64,000 nt of DNA. Origin: Spirogloea muscicola. Taxonomy: Eukaryota. Below are positions 42,301 to 56,225 of this stretch, piece after piece. The translations under genes and the position numbers were made by a program. Where the stretch lies: assembly GCA_009602725.1 (NCBI GenBank), contig WELB01000007.1:7032-71031 (forward strand), in the 5' to 3' direction. Every line of letters starts with the position of its first letter. Within the stretch, counting starts at the first letter, position 1. The notes beneath the pieces were generated by a model that saw nothing but the letters and a program-made list of their open reading frames with translations, had not been told where the DNA came from and did no database searches.

Positions 42301-45300
42301 TACTAAGAGTGCATTCAAGTACACATGAGAAGCTTCATGCGTAAGTTTTGTGTACAAGCTCCTGTGAGACGTCATGAGAAATCAACAGGTTATTACCACG
42401 TTGTCATGGTGCTCTGCTGACCTGGAAGAGACGTGCATATACGTGAATCTTGTTGCGCCAAGTGTTCAGGAATTGACGGCGAGTCAACAACCTAACCTCA
42501 TACCAGAAATCGTGGACATACTCTCTGCTATATTGTCCTACTCCAAATGTTGTCTCTTGCTGCAACAGGACAACTTACTGGTGGGTTGACTTAGCACATC
42601 CATTTAGCAATACCTGCTCAGATCTCTCTAAAGGTGGAGATGCTTAGTATCACAACATCCATCAGCTTGAAGCAATTATTGCCTTGTGCATATCCACGGT
42701 GGTATGCTGAGAGATGGTTGTCATGAATCTTATGTTGGTCACTGAATGTGACATGTGAACGACAGTCCTGATATACCTCTACAAAGGGCCGCTCAAGCTG
42801 CAGTCTGACAGGATCACCCGCCAATTCCAGAGCCCCAGCCACAGCTTGTGTTTCGCGCCCCACTACGTATGCCAGTCTGTTGACCACATCCAGTGAGGGC
42901 TTGTCTCAGCCAGCTTCGCCACAGTGCTTTGGTCCAAGGCAACTCTTGAGCAAATCAAGACAACGCTAAGAAAGGGTTACCACTGAGAAGTAAGCATAAG
43001 GACCTGTTGTTGGTGCTGGAGACAGCTACAACTCTGTCCCCTTCCTTGACTCGCCCGCTATTTTGTATGGCAGGCTTGCTGAGCGGCTGCCCTTCAATAA
43101 CCTTCTTAACAATGGCAAACCCAGCTGCGTCATTGGCCAACTCAATCCCGGGGGGCTTGGATGCCTGCACCGCAATCGCCAAGTCAGCATTCTACTGATT
43201 AGAAACTGCAAATTCAGCTGCAGGGCTTCTTGAGCCTACGTACTAGAATCGCATGTAAGCTTGTAGATGCTAGAGAGCTGGCAAAGAATCTGGCTCCTGA
43301 TTTCAGAAGGGAAGCAGAAGGGGGAGCATGCACGCTTTGAAAGTGAGGAGCACATCATGGGCCACTGACCTGGACCCAGTAATTCAAGTGCAGCTCAGGG
43401 CTTTCAACAATACGCAGGGTGTCCTTGTAGAGGTCTGAGTTTTGGTAAGCCTGTACAAAGCCGTCAAAATCGAGACGCTGTGCACCTGGTTGAAGAAACC
43501 GCCAGCCTTCCTCTGTGGTAACATCCACCAGGAACTCCGGTGCACAGACATGCAGAGGTTTGACGTACCTGTAGTATCACCTCATTATCACATGGGCTCA
43601 GCGAGAAGGTGCCTTCAAGTAAGTGCTTTTCAACTACTTGGGTCAACATTCTGCCTGATAGAGCATCTGATTTTGTCGCTTTATGAACATGTGACAACCT
43701 AAAAGTGACGGTCACAATGCTTAGGTTTGAGGCTTCAGTTGCTGAAGGCTAGTGCTTGGGGTTCATGCGCATTCGGTTCAGACTTCGGTTCAGAGTCCCA
43801 GCAACGCAAGCCACAGGGGCACAGATCATTGACGACGACCCCTGCCGAGCAGACAACAAGAGTCCTGTTCCTACCCAAGGTCCTCAAAGTAAGGCAGTGC
43901 ATCCACCCGTGGCCCAAAGTATAAGATGTGGCCGTGGTCCATGAGGAGGATCTGGTCGAAGAGCTTGTACGTGGCAGCAGATGGTTGCAGCAGCGAGGCA
44001 ACACAGGACACTCCACGCACCCTGCTGAATATCTTCATGTTCTCGACCAGGTCGCGAGTAACTGAAGCGTCAACTCCTGCGATGCAACTGAACCACTTGT
44101 TACAAATCTTAGCACGACACAGGCGCAACTTCCTTCTGGACCAGCATGGCTCTAGGTATTGACACACTGGTGTTACTCCTGGTCGGCACCTGGCCAACCA
44201 CCGGGCTTGGTTGTGCCGGGTCAATGCGCGCCAGCGCGAAGTGCAAGTAGCAGATACTACTGCAGTATGTGACTGACTGCCATATGTGTGCGCACCAAGG
44301 CCAGCCCAGAGAATGAAGCCTACCGTTATTGAGCTCATCAAAGTAATATACAGCATACGTTCCAGCAACCATCTCCGCCACAGTGACGCGGTGCCTTTCG
44401 CCAGCAGTTAGCGTTGGCATCTTCTCATTGCCCACAGGGCGGCTCTGGAGGCGCTTCAGGCCCAGCATGTGCAGGTTCAATTCTAGCTTCGGGTCCTGGC
44501 CCAGCTTCAGCGCCTCCTCTGCAATGGCCTGAGGGCAATTGCTGCAAAGACTATTAGATGGCCGGGATCGACTGGGGGCTCCTTGCCAGCTTGGCAATAA
44601 GCGCGCCTCTTGGTAAGTGTCATCAACCTGAGGTCTGAGGTCTCCAATGACAGTCAGCCCAATCCACCCCCTTTGGTGCTAGGAGCAACTAGAGCATGTG
44701 GCAAAGTAGCGGCACTATCGGTCATAATTTGCACACCTTCAGCTCAGGACCGAAGTCCTTATACGTCCACGCCAGCGTGCAATCGCGGGAGAACTCCATA
44801 GTCTCCTTCACCGTGAGAAAGGGCTGGTGATTGTCCTGCGCAGCAATGCACGCCGCCAGCCTCTCCACAATCACCTCCCGTACAGGCTTGTGGTTGTATA
44901 GTACAGAGCCAGACAGGCCCGGTGAGTCCTTGATCCTCCCTGTCAAGATCCTCAGAAGCGTGCTCTTCCCAGAACCAGGCGAGCCTGCAAGCGCTCGTGG
45001 CAAAGCCTGGTTATCGGCAAGGGACTCTGCTTTGCTAAAGCACACTGCTTATGTGCTGGAGGTTCTCCACAAGACATGGTGGGCATCCTCTGCTCACGAG
45101 GTTACGCAACTGTAATTTTAGTGTACTTACACGGTTTCCACTGTTTCCTGCCATTAATGTCACAATAGGAGCACAGCAACCAGAATCTACCAGTCATTTA
45201 TAGAGTAGTCATCTGACATCAGCCACCAGTCAAACCTAGATGAATTGTGATGAAGCGCGAAAGCATGCCAAACAAGCCAAGGCTGTACCTAAGATGAGTG

Positions 45301-46839
45301 TCATGGACCCTGGCATGAAGTAGCCGGTTGCGTTCTTCACCACTGTCACAGGCACCTTCTTTGGCTTCCTTCTGAGAAAGCAGCCCCCGAGGAGGCCTGT
45401 GACCTGGACATAGAGACTTTGCACACTTCAGAAGCAGGAGCAGTTCCAGAACTGCCACACGAAGAAGCTCAGATAAACTGGTGATGAACCCATGAACGGG
45501 GATCAGTCCTTTCATCAAAACTTTCAACACTGCAGCCTACTACACAGACTGAAGAATGATGACCTTATCACCTACTGTATGCATCCAAAGACAGTGCTGC
45601 CTTGCCAATTGATATCGGCAAGCGCTACTATTTATTGCCGGCCACAGAGCAAGAGCTGCAGTACATCAACACAAGGTACAAGAGAAGGTGTCACTTCGGA
45701 TGCGGTCTTACCTTACTGCCAACGGTTGGAAAACCATCCGGAATGACGATGGAGTTGACGAATGACACATCCTTGAATTTGACAACCTGCAGAACATACG
45801 GCTCCAGCAAACACCACACAGCCAATTCAAAGCAAGAGCAAGAAGGCAAGGTCGTACAGCATTGCGAGCGACACAGTCACTGTTTATTGCAAGTACTCAT
45901 GCTCCAGATGTCCAGACACTCGCAAGTCGAATGTACCTGACTACGTATAGGCGGGAGGAGGGGCTGGACACGCAGCAGAAACTCAAGAAGGCCGTCCTTT
46001 AGCAGTAGCTCAAAGCCCTGCAGCTCTGGGGCCCGGGAGGGGGCACGCCGTCGCTCGGCGAGAAAGGCCTCCAGCTCCTCGACTATCACCTTGGCCTCGG
46101 CAGTCAGCCCGTGGCTCAGTAGCGCCGCGTGGTAGCTGGCGACCATGTGAATTAGGACCGACTGCGGAGCGTCGGCCACTTTGGCTATCAGATCTGGCCC
46201 GCCGTTGACGACAGCCGCGGCTGCTTGATGAGGTCCGCCCCTGTCTAGGCCTCCCGCCACCGGGCCTGGTGGCAGTAGCGGCACAGCTGCGGCAGACTCG
46301 CCCTCCAGCTTGCGCGTGTGCAGGGAGCTGCGGCAATGGCGACGGCGCATCAACAAAGCTGCACACCTTATCTGCTTGACCTGTATGCTCTGCCGAAGCA
46401 GCACGTCCAGGCTCAAATTGACACCCGCATTGCAGGCTGCCAAGGAAGCGGCGCCTTCACGAATGTGTCACCTGCTGCTACGGAGGCTGCGGGTCCCGTG
46501 CTCCAGAAGCTCGGCGAGATCGACCTCGTCCCTCTCCACCGCGACATGTCCTGCCAACGAACGAGCTTCGTGGTGAGGACAAGCAGTGGCCGAGCTGCTG
46601 CTGCGTGGAGGAGGAGCCCGTGGGACGATCGCGGCACCGTCGCAAGCGGCAGCCGCAGCGTGCCGCACTGCTGCCGGGCTGCATTGCACAAGCCCGAGCT
46701 TGCGCTGCAGGAGGGGACGGCACAGGCCGCGACAGGCCTTCCCCTGGCTGCGATGGCGACCACAGCCAGGCATTGCAAGGCCTCTTTCTTCTCTGCAGCG
46801 TGGAGGCGACTCACCGGCGGGCGCCGCCTCGAGCGCCAT
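36380..46839 (-). CDS. Full-size ABCG (PDR-type, NBD-TMD-NBD-TMD) transporter with inserted PDZ-like domain, >20 exons
   Basis: Probable ATG 46839 (MALEAAPA); [143 protein letters not shown]. Confidence 0.92.
42777..43390 (-). other. PDZ-like domain encoded within the ABCG NBD1-TMD1 linker
   Basis: Spliced: [90 protein letters not shown]; exons 43164-43004 and 42876-42777 with compatible GT-AG phases. Confidence 0.75.
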
Positions 46840-47319
46840 ATCGCCGCCGCCGCCGCCGCCCGACGGCGGCACTTGGCGGCGGCGCTGGGGGCGCGACCGC
46901 AGCGCTGCGGAGCCGCCTGATGAGAAAGGGGCGGGGAGGCGGGAGGTCTCACGTGCTGCAGTCCGAGTTATCATGACCCCGCGGGTGGGGAGGGAGGGAG
47001 GGGGGAGCGGGGAGGGAGACGGGGGCGAGAAGGGAGCCGTGTAGATTTGTGATTAATCAAGAAGTGGGGAGGGGGAGACGGGCGGACGGGGAGGAGAGAG
47101 GGAGCGCGGAGGGAGAGGGGAGAGGTGCCCCGGGGTGGGGGGGTGGGCCCCGCGTGAGCCAGGGGGAAGGTCCGTCGGGGAAGCCAAAGTTAAGGCAGAG
47201 GACTCGAGGCCGTACCCGGCTCATAGCGGCGGAGGACGGCGTGATCGATTCCGTCGGCGAATCCGACACCCACTCCGGCCACGCTCACGTCAGCCCCCGG
47301 GAGCGCCGGCCCTCCTCCG

Positions 47320-47663
47320 CTGGTTCGAGCTTTAGCTGGTGGCACACGGGCTTGTCATTTGCCGTTCGGCATTCGGGCATCAGTTAGCGGGCCTCGTCGT
47401 GCTGACTCGTAGCTACTGCGCGGGTCAGCTTAGCCATGGGGTAGGATGAATCACTCAATAACCACGAGTGACGAACCACGAACCCGAAAAGCAATCCCCC
47501 TGACGAACCCCAGTTCCCTAGCATCTCCAATAGCAGCAGGTGAATCTGTCAATGTGCTTGCCTTTGTACTACTTCTCCAGTTCTGAGCCAACGCTTTTCC
47601 AGTGAACCCTTTTTGGCTCCTTGTACTAAGCCACAAAGGCCCTCTATCACTCAGTACACTTCA
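47320..47663 (+). repeat. Two-copy hairpin-bearing element, copy B (with two extra internal segments)
   Basis: Aligns with 31795-31986. Confidence 0.85.
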
Positions 47664-48084
47664 TTTGCCGCGAGAGAAGGCGTGCGGTGCGAATGACATG
47701 GTAGGGAAGAGAGAAAGACGCTTCCAGGAGATGCGTGCGTATTAAGGGCCGATTTACACCGGATCGGTCGGTCACGCTCGTGCTGACCAGCGGGTCGGGG
47801 GGGGTTGTTGATTTGTGGAGTCCATGACTGCCTAAGTGCGGAAGCTAAGAGAGAGCGTTTCGCGAGGGCTGGCTGGCAGTGACTGGGCAGCGGCTGAGCG
47901 CGGGGATGCAGGGAGCAGTGGTGCTGGGGGCAAGGCAGGAGGGGGCAGAGCCTGGGCTGTGTGAAAGGGCCTCGGCTCGACTGAGCTGAGGATGGGCAAG
48001 TGTGCCCCTTATATGAGGATGTTCAATCCTTGACTACAGACCCTTGAACGTTCTCAGGTAACGTTCTAGACATGAGCAGATAAC

Positions 48085-48227
48085 TGCCTGCTAGAGACGT
48101 CTGCCGCCTGGAGACGTCGGCCGCCTAGACGTCTGGCACTATCTGCCGCCCTAGACGTCTGGCACTATCTGCCGCCTAAGACGTCTGCGGCTATCTGCCG
48201 CCTAAGACGTCTGCGGGTAACTGCCGG
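48085..48227. repeat. Degenerate minisatellite, ~16-27 bp units (AGACGTCTG...CTATCTGCCGCC)
   Basis: Six GACGTC-containing units in tandem. Confidence 0.85.
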
Positions 48228-48529
48228 GTGGAAAACCTCCGCTCAGTTCGGTTAGCACTATGGCTTTCCATTAGCCAAGTCTACCTAACCTGTAGAGACC
48301 AATCCAGGATTTACAACACAGATGACCTCCCTCGTGGCAAACGGCGCCGTTGCCTCCTCAACGGGGGCAAAAAGCGTCCTGGTCAGCATCCCATGTGGCG
48401 CCTCCGTGGCGTGCGACCACGACCGGGCGCGCCGTTAACACCGGCGCCGGTCATACCATTCAAAGCGCGACACGTACTCCTCGGAGTGACCGTCGACCCG
48501 GTGTAAATCGGCCCTAAGAGACGGGGAGG

Positions 48530-48900
48530 CCATGTGTGCTGTGCTTTGTTTTCTTAGCGCTTCCTCTGGCCCCCCTTCTCGTACTTTGTTCATTCTTTTT
48601 TGGGCTGGCTTTCCAGCCCCTATCCTCAATTGGCGAGCCCTCCTCCATGTGTGGCAGGAGAGGGCGGTGGCTGGGAGAGGCCAGCCCTAAAAAAGAATGA
48701 ACAACGTTTGAAGGGGTCAGGGAATGCGCTAAAGCTAGCACATATGGAAGGCCAAAAGCACATACAATGTTCAGGCAAAAGCTAGTGCAAAGCATGGGGA
48801 TACATGGAGCGAAGCCCTATGCTAAGCGGGGCTAGGCGACTAAGGCAGAAGGAATTGCATCTTCCAAGGCAACGGTGTAAGAGGCCAGCTGAAAGCCCCA
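48530..48900. repeat. Palindromic-motif family cluster forming an imperfect inverted pair (48532-48619 vs 48669-48743)
   Basis: TTGTTCATTCTTTTTTGGGCTGGC..CAGCC on the left and GGCTG..GCCAGCCC.AAAAAAGAATGAACAA on the right; left arm matches 2995-3100 reverse complement. Confidence 0.75.
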
Positions 48901-49164
48901 CATCAAGGACAAGATCTCCAAAACATAGAGACGTAAAGTACGGACTTCTGGTCATACAATGGGACTAGTGGTCAACGGGGGAGGCCGTGAAACGGCCACC
49001 CCCCTTCGTCCGACGACCATGTTCGCCTCTTTTCTCGTCTTCTGGTGTGCATCCAGAGCCATTTACAATCGCCCGTTTCTAGGGTTTGCGTAGGTCACTT
49101 CCGCAGGCCCGGGCGCGCAGGCCTCTGCGGCTCGCCCCCCGCGGCGCGGCGGCAGCTGCCCAGC

Positions 49165-49998
49165 ATGCGAGCCGCCTGGCGGCCGTCGCGCAGGCTGCTC
49201 CAGACGCCGCTAGCAAGCGGCGGCCACGGCGGCCGCGGCAGTTGCCGGCCCTACTCCCTGTCCGCTGCGGACCTCCTCGACCGCGTCGATCTGAAGCCGG
49301 GTCAGCCGTCAGCCTGCGGGCGCCGTCGGAGCGCAGAGCCGGGCGATGACCCCTTTGGGGCTCTGCGGCGGCGCTGACTCTCATGGCCCGGCGGCCGATT
49401 GCTGCGCAGGTGACGTCATTGTCCAGAATGCAGCCGACAGCGAAGCAGGGCGGGCGCTTATTAGGGAGGCCCGAGAGCGCGGGGTGAAGACCATCAACGT
49501 AGTGGGCGACAAGCCCGGCACCGCCGACGTCGTGGAGCAGCTCAAGATGCTGGGTGGAGACATCGTCGTCACCGAGTCCTACACGAGGCTCTGGTAAGCA
49601 TTTGAGGGCTGCTGCTTGGGATGGGCGTGCTCCATCTGCGATCTTCCCGCACTGTGCCTCGGGCAGTCTACCCACAAGAGCCTAATACTGGCACGTCCAG
49701 TCTGTTGCTGCTGTTCGGCAGTGTTGACCTCCTTCTGTAATTTTGCTGCATTGAGCTGCATATACTGTTCAGGTACATAAGCCGTCTGCTGAACGACTTC
49801 CCAAAGCCCAAGGCTGGGATAAACTCCGCAGACGGCTCCCAGCTGCTTGCAGTCACCAAGCTCCTTGGCCCAGGCAGCACATTGCTGAGCACAAAGAAGC
49901 TGCCAGCAGTGGTACAATACCCTGGTGCTACAAGGCGGCCTGTGAAGTGGCAAGACTATCTGAAAGCCAAGAATATCAATGTGGCCAATCTTGATTGA
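49165..49998 (+). CDS. Short, probably mitochondrial MECR/enoyl-ACP-reductase-like protein (nucleotide-binding domain only), 3 exons
   Basis: MRAAWRPSRRLLQ (presequence-like)...DLKPG|DVIVQNAADSEAGRALIREARERGVKTINVVGDKPG...LKMLGGDIVVTESYTRLW|YISRLL...PKPKAGINS...NVANLD*. Confidence 0.7.
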
Positions 49999-51068
49999 CT
50001 CTAGTTCGATCAAACTACATCGTTGCATTGCTCTTCAAGAGCTGGCAACTATTCACATTGCATCTCCCGACTGGCTTCAATGACCACCGGTTCTTGTATT
50101 CCCAACCCCTTAGATGCGAATCCGGTCATGTGCCCCTCTCCAAAGGATCAGCAGACTGTCTATCTCAGCTGCACCGCGCAGTTCCGCTCATGGTGGCGGG
50201 CAGCTCAAACTAGCATAGGTATCGATCTGCACCCAAAGTTGGGCTGCAGCTATAGCCAGGGCACGGGAGCAGACATCAAGTGCCTCGGCAATACCCGAAA
50301 ATGTGCACACCGTCTCAGATGAGCACTCCCAACGCCCGCCAGATTGAGTCCTTACCACTTCCCCAAGTTGGTGCTACCTGATTCCTAAAATTCGACCTAC
50401 TGCACCTCCCTCAAGTGCATGCGCTGCTACGTTGTCTTCTCTTTACATCCTCACAAGTGGCTGAGGCGGAGGCATGCTGCAATGGCCAGTCACTAAGCAG
50501 CTGCATCATTGCCGGGAGCAATGTGACTGCGATCTTGGTATACGGTGTCATTCAAATCAGGGATGGCTCAGCTGATTAGTGTCTTTTCACTAGCTAACTA
50601 CCTGGCCATATCCACTTTGTGACACACATAGTGAAAGTAAAGATACACAAGGATTCCTGCTCCTGTTCCTAATATAATAACATTCTAACTCGAGAGCCAG
50701 AACTCTCATAAAAGCATGAAGTGCATCCAAACAGTCCAGATGCTCTATTGAAGTCTGTCCCCATGGACAAAAACCACTTGGAATTGACACGACCAGGACT
50801 TGCAATGCATAATAGAGCCAAGAATTGACAAGCTGTAAGAGCCACTGTGTAGCCAAACAGTGGCCACCTCAAATACACAACAGTTCATCAAAACTTGCAG
50901 CGGCAAGCGCAAGTTGCTCAGGAGCTGGTCTGCTAACTCAAAGGAAAACGTGTTGGATGAAGATATGAAAGGAGCAACCTTCAAGCGGCACCTCGACATC
51001 AATCTAATGCACAATACACCCTGCGAAATACACCTCCCAGAAGACCTCCCAAAAGTACCAGAAGTGCT

Positions 51069-52646
<1,578 letters not shown>

Positions 52647-52859
52647 NGGGGGGGGTGGGCAAATGGGGGTGGGTTGGTGGGGCCTGTAAAGCGCCGGGGT
52701 TTTACATGGACGGCGCAGATGCGCCCAGGTGCTGCGCAAGTTCCATTGGGGGTGGTCGTCTCGTCAGCCGCATCTGCAAATGACGCTGACGCCCGCCGCC
52801 AACCCCCGTCGAGCCAGCGCCTGGTGTTCATTATCCCGCCTGAGAATCCGTAAGTAACG

Positions 52860-53230
52860 ACATCACAGCCATCGCCCACTTCTGGAAGCGCTTCTTCCTC
52901 ATTCCTTGTGTACATTGTACATATCCCCCTTGTCGGTGATATTGAGTGGCTGTAGCTCTTCTTGCCGCTTGTTTGCTCCGTTCTTTTCCCTGGGCTGGCC
53001 AATCACAGCCATCCCCCTTTACTAAAGAGTATTTCTCCTATTTGTACATCCCTTTGGGCTGGCCTCTCACAGCCACTGCCTTGCATTGGAAGAGCTGTTC
53101 ATTTCGTGACATCAGGTGTGACAAGATATCACGGAAAGAGAGAAGGCGCGCGGGGCGCATGAATTGAAAGGGAGGCCAATTCAAGCCAATACATTGTTCA
53201 GGCAGAGTCGAGTGCAGACTAAACAACACG
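52860..53230. repeat. Cluster of palindromic-motif repeat family
   Basis: Motifs at 52864, 52992, 53056; shared module in reverse at 53133-53205. Confidence 0.75.
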
Positions 53231-53765
53231 GAAAGAGGAAGACAAGAAGTTGGACACGAACCTTCTTGCGCCTCCACACACCGGTGGGCTGCCGAGCTGC
53301 CATTTGACGTTGCCCTCGTCTGAGACCAGCTACGATGGCCAAAGGACTTCCCCACCACGCCGTTTACGACCGGTGTGCGCGCCAAAAGGCCATTCAAACG
53401 CTGCCACCACCATCATCCCTGCCGCCGCTCGCGCTGCCGTTGGCGCCCCGAGGACCGCGCTGCCGCTCGTCTCCGCTCCTCACCCTTCGCCCGCGCTCGC
53501 TTGGCGGGGAGAGCCACGAGGCCGCCGCCCGGAGGACGCCGTAGACGTCGACGAGCCAGAGCAGGCCGCCACTGGCGGCGGAGAGCAATTCCCCGCCACA
53601 AGATGCTGCAACAGCGCAACTCCATCGTGGCAAGAAGTCATTGCTGTCCAAGAGCCTGATTCCAGACGAACAAGGCTTTTGCTCATCGGCGACCAAGTCA
53701 TCAAGAACGGTGCAGAACCGCTGCGAGCTGTGCCATCATTCCGGTCCTGCGGCAGGGCTGGCCTG

Positions 53766-55856
53766 ATGGCTCTCCAGAGGTTGGAGAGCGCTGACGGCCG
53801 CCGCAAGTTGGACGAGCGTCGAACACTCAACAGAACAACTAGTTCCTTTCGGGGCAATGAAGAGAACTTCGACAGCAACCTTGCCAGGCCAGAGCTGCTG
53901 GCTGTGCCACACAAGCCTCAGTGCATGCCGAGGAGCAGTGAAGAAGGGGAGAGCACGCAAGCTGTTCCCGTGGAGTACATGCCAACGGAAGACCTCCAAC
54001 CTGTTGAAGACGCTCAGTCTTGTTTGAATGTACGTACTGTTGCCCTTGGCTCATCAACCAATGCTGATAGCACAGCACGTGCTGCTTTACAAAGAGGGCT
54101 GGTGAGTCTGTGCAGACTCTCTCACAGCGCCTGAGCTCAAAGAACTGGTCCGTTGTCTGCCACGCCTTGGTCAATGTGCGGCAGTTGTCAATCTTTCACA
54201 GGCTTGCTTTCCAGCCTCACCTGTGAGCATTTCCTCCTCCCTTAGTATTTGATTTGTGTGACACCACCTTTTGTAGGCTTGCCTAGATGTCCAATTGGCT
54301 GGGCATGAGCTGAGCAGTATACTGAGCATGTTGAGTGAAAGATTGCACTCCTGGATGCTCAAGCATGTGGCATCAGCACAGGAGTGCTTCTCAGCCCGTT
54401 TTGCAGTGTGCTTATCAAGAAGTTCTTGACATGCTGCTGAAGAGACCCATGCCCACTCTGCAACAGTATCCTTGGCTCACAATGACTCAAGCTGGAATTG
54501 CAGAGAATCTGTGATCCCTTCCATACTAAGGTCAATGCAAAGTCCCCGAAGCGTGCTCTGCAAGACAGCAATCATGGTCACAGCGGACCTTCTGGATGCC
54601 TATGCGGATGGCATGCTAGACTACATTGACCAGATTGTAAGCTAATGCCTGAAGTCCGGTGTGCTTGTGGTCTGGCAGCTCATGCACTTCTTCAAGTCAC
54701 AGAGCTGGCATCGTAACATTTATAATCATATCACTTTCTGTCACAGTTGCAATACAAGCTGGTTGCTATACAAGTTTGCCCCAGTGAGTTCCTTGTTTAT
54801 CAATGCCAGTCCACAAACCCCCGTCGCGCTGTGAATCCATGTCAGCTGCCACGGTGCAGGATTGACATTATTATGCATGCATTTGTGCAGCTACCACACC
54901 TGCTCATGAAGGCATCCCAAGATAAGCAATTTGTATGCGAGGAAGCAGCAAAAACCCTCCAATCTATGACCACAGCTCTTTCCCCGGGACCCCTGCTGAT
55001 GAAGCTACAGCATCTTGTACAGCATCGCAACCCTCGTGTTCGTGCTAAAGCCACGGTGGCCATTCAACAGACTGCTTCCAAGCTGGTGCGCTTCATATAC
55101 ATCCAAACCGGCAATGGCACCAAATTATATGTGTGCCTCTGGCGAGCTGCTTTGTCTTGAAGCCACTACAAGAACTTGGGCACGACCAACAATCAATGCA
55201 GCAAGAATTGTAGGACCGGACTTGCATGTTGCACAGGTATAATGTGTCATCAAGCATAACTGATTATTGTAGCAGCATAAGTAGAGCAGCTGGGTTCAGT
55301 GATTGGGGATGCTAGACTGATTGCTAAGCATCACAGACGCACTCTTGTCAACAGGGGGCTGATGGACTTGCCAAGTGGGGCCTTGATGCCCTGGTCAAGA
55401 TTGCGGGTGCACAGATAGCTGATCAGCTTCCAGAAGCTAGAGAGGCAGCCCGGAAATTGACTCTGGAAATCTTCCAAGGTCACTAAGCACCTGCTTACAC
55501 AAACCTTGTGGTCTGATGCTGAAAGCAGAACGATGCATCATTGCAATGCCCAAAAGACTGTGCGAATGTACAACAACACTCAGTGGAATAGCCTAGACAA
55601 GCCTTGTCCATCATTCTGATATTATGTTGACTTGCTTGTATCTTTCACAGCGTCAAAGAATCTCCAGGAGCATGCATCTGTGGATGATTCAATGTTAAAT
55701 GGCAGCTCCCTCAATGGCACTGCGCAGACCTGGGAGCAGCTGTGCCGCAGAGTGTTGCCGGTCACCGCAGCTATGGCCTTAATAGACCTTACATGCACTA
55801 CTTGCATACAAGAGCCCGCCACGAGCGCTGTATCAGTGCTTGGTGCAGATACATAG
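53766..55856 (+). CDS. Plant-type single TOG/ARM-repeat (CLASP_N, TOGARAM/FAM179-like) protein
   Basis: VEYMPTEDLQPVEDAQSCLN|TLSQRLSSKNWSVVCHALVNVRQLSIFH; KSPRSVLCKTAIM; LLMKASQDKQFVCEEAAKTL; HRNPRVRAKA; DQLPEAREAARKL; TWEQLCRRVL. Confidence 0.85.
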
Positions 55857-56225
55857 TCTTCACCCCTGCTTTGTGTGTCACTGCTCTGCTTTCAGTGTTG
55901 ATATGCTGCCTAAGACGCTGCCTATTTATTACCTATGTCTTGATGAGACAGCACTGTCTCATTCCAACTTGAGACTAGCAGCTGCACTAGGCTATTGAGG
56001 GAGCAACATCAGAAACGTCCTGTGCCAAGCAACTCGCTCTACTACAATCACCTTTACCCAGCAAGTTTTTGCACATGCCGAAGGTGACAGGCACCCTTAT
56101 GGTCATGTGTTTTGCAACATGAACAGCAGAACACGCAATCACAGAGTTCAAGCCTTGGGCAATATCCAGTACATGAATGTGTATATACATAATGTCATGT
56201 ACAGCCAGACGTAGCAGCACAAAGA

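Noticed and set aside
53250..53765. 172-aa N-terminal extension of the TOG protein
   Set aside because: Starts at a non-ATG codon next to repeat DNA; the first in-frame ATG is 53766, so probably UTR/promoter
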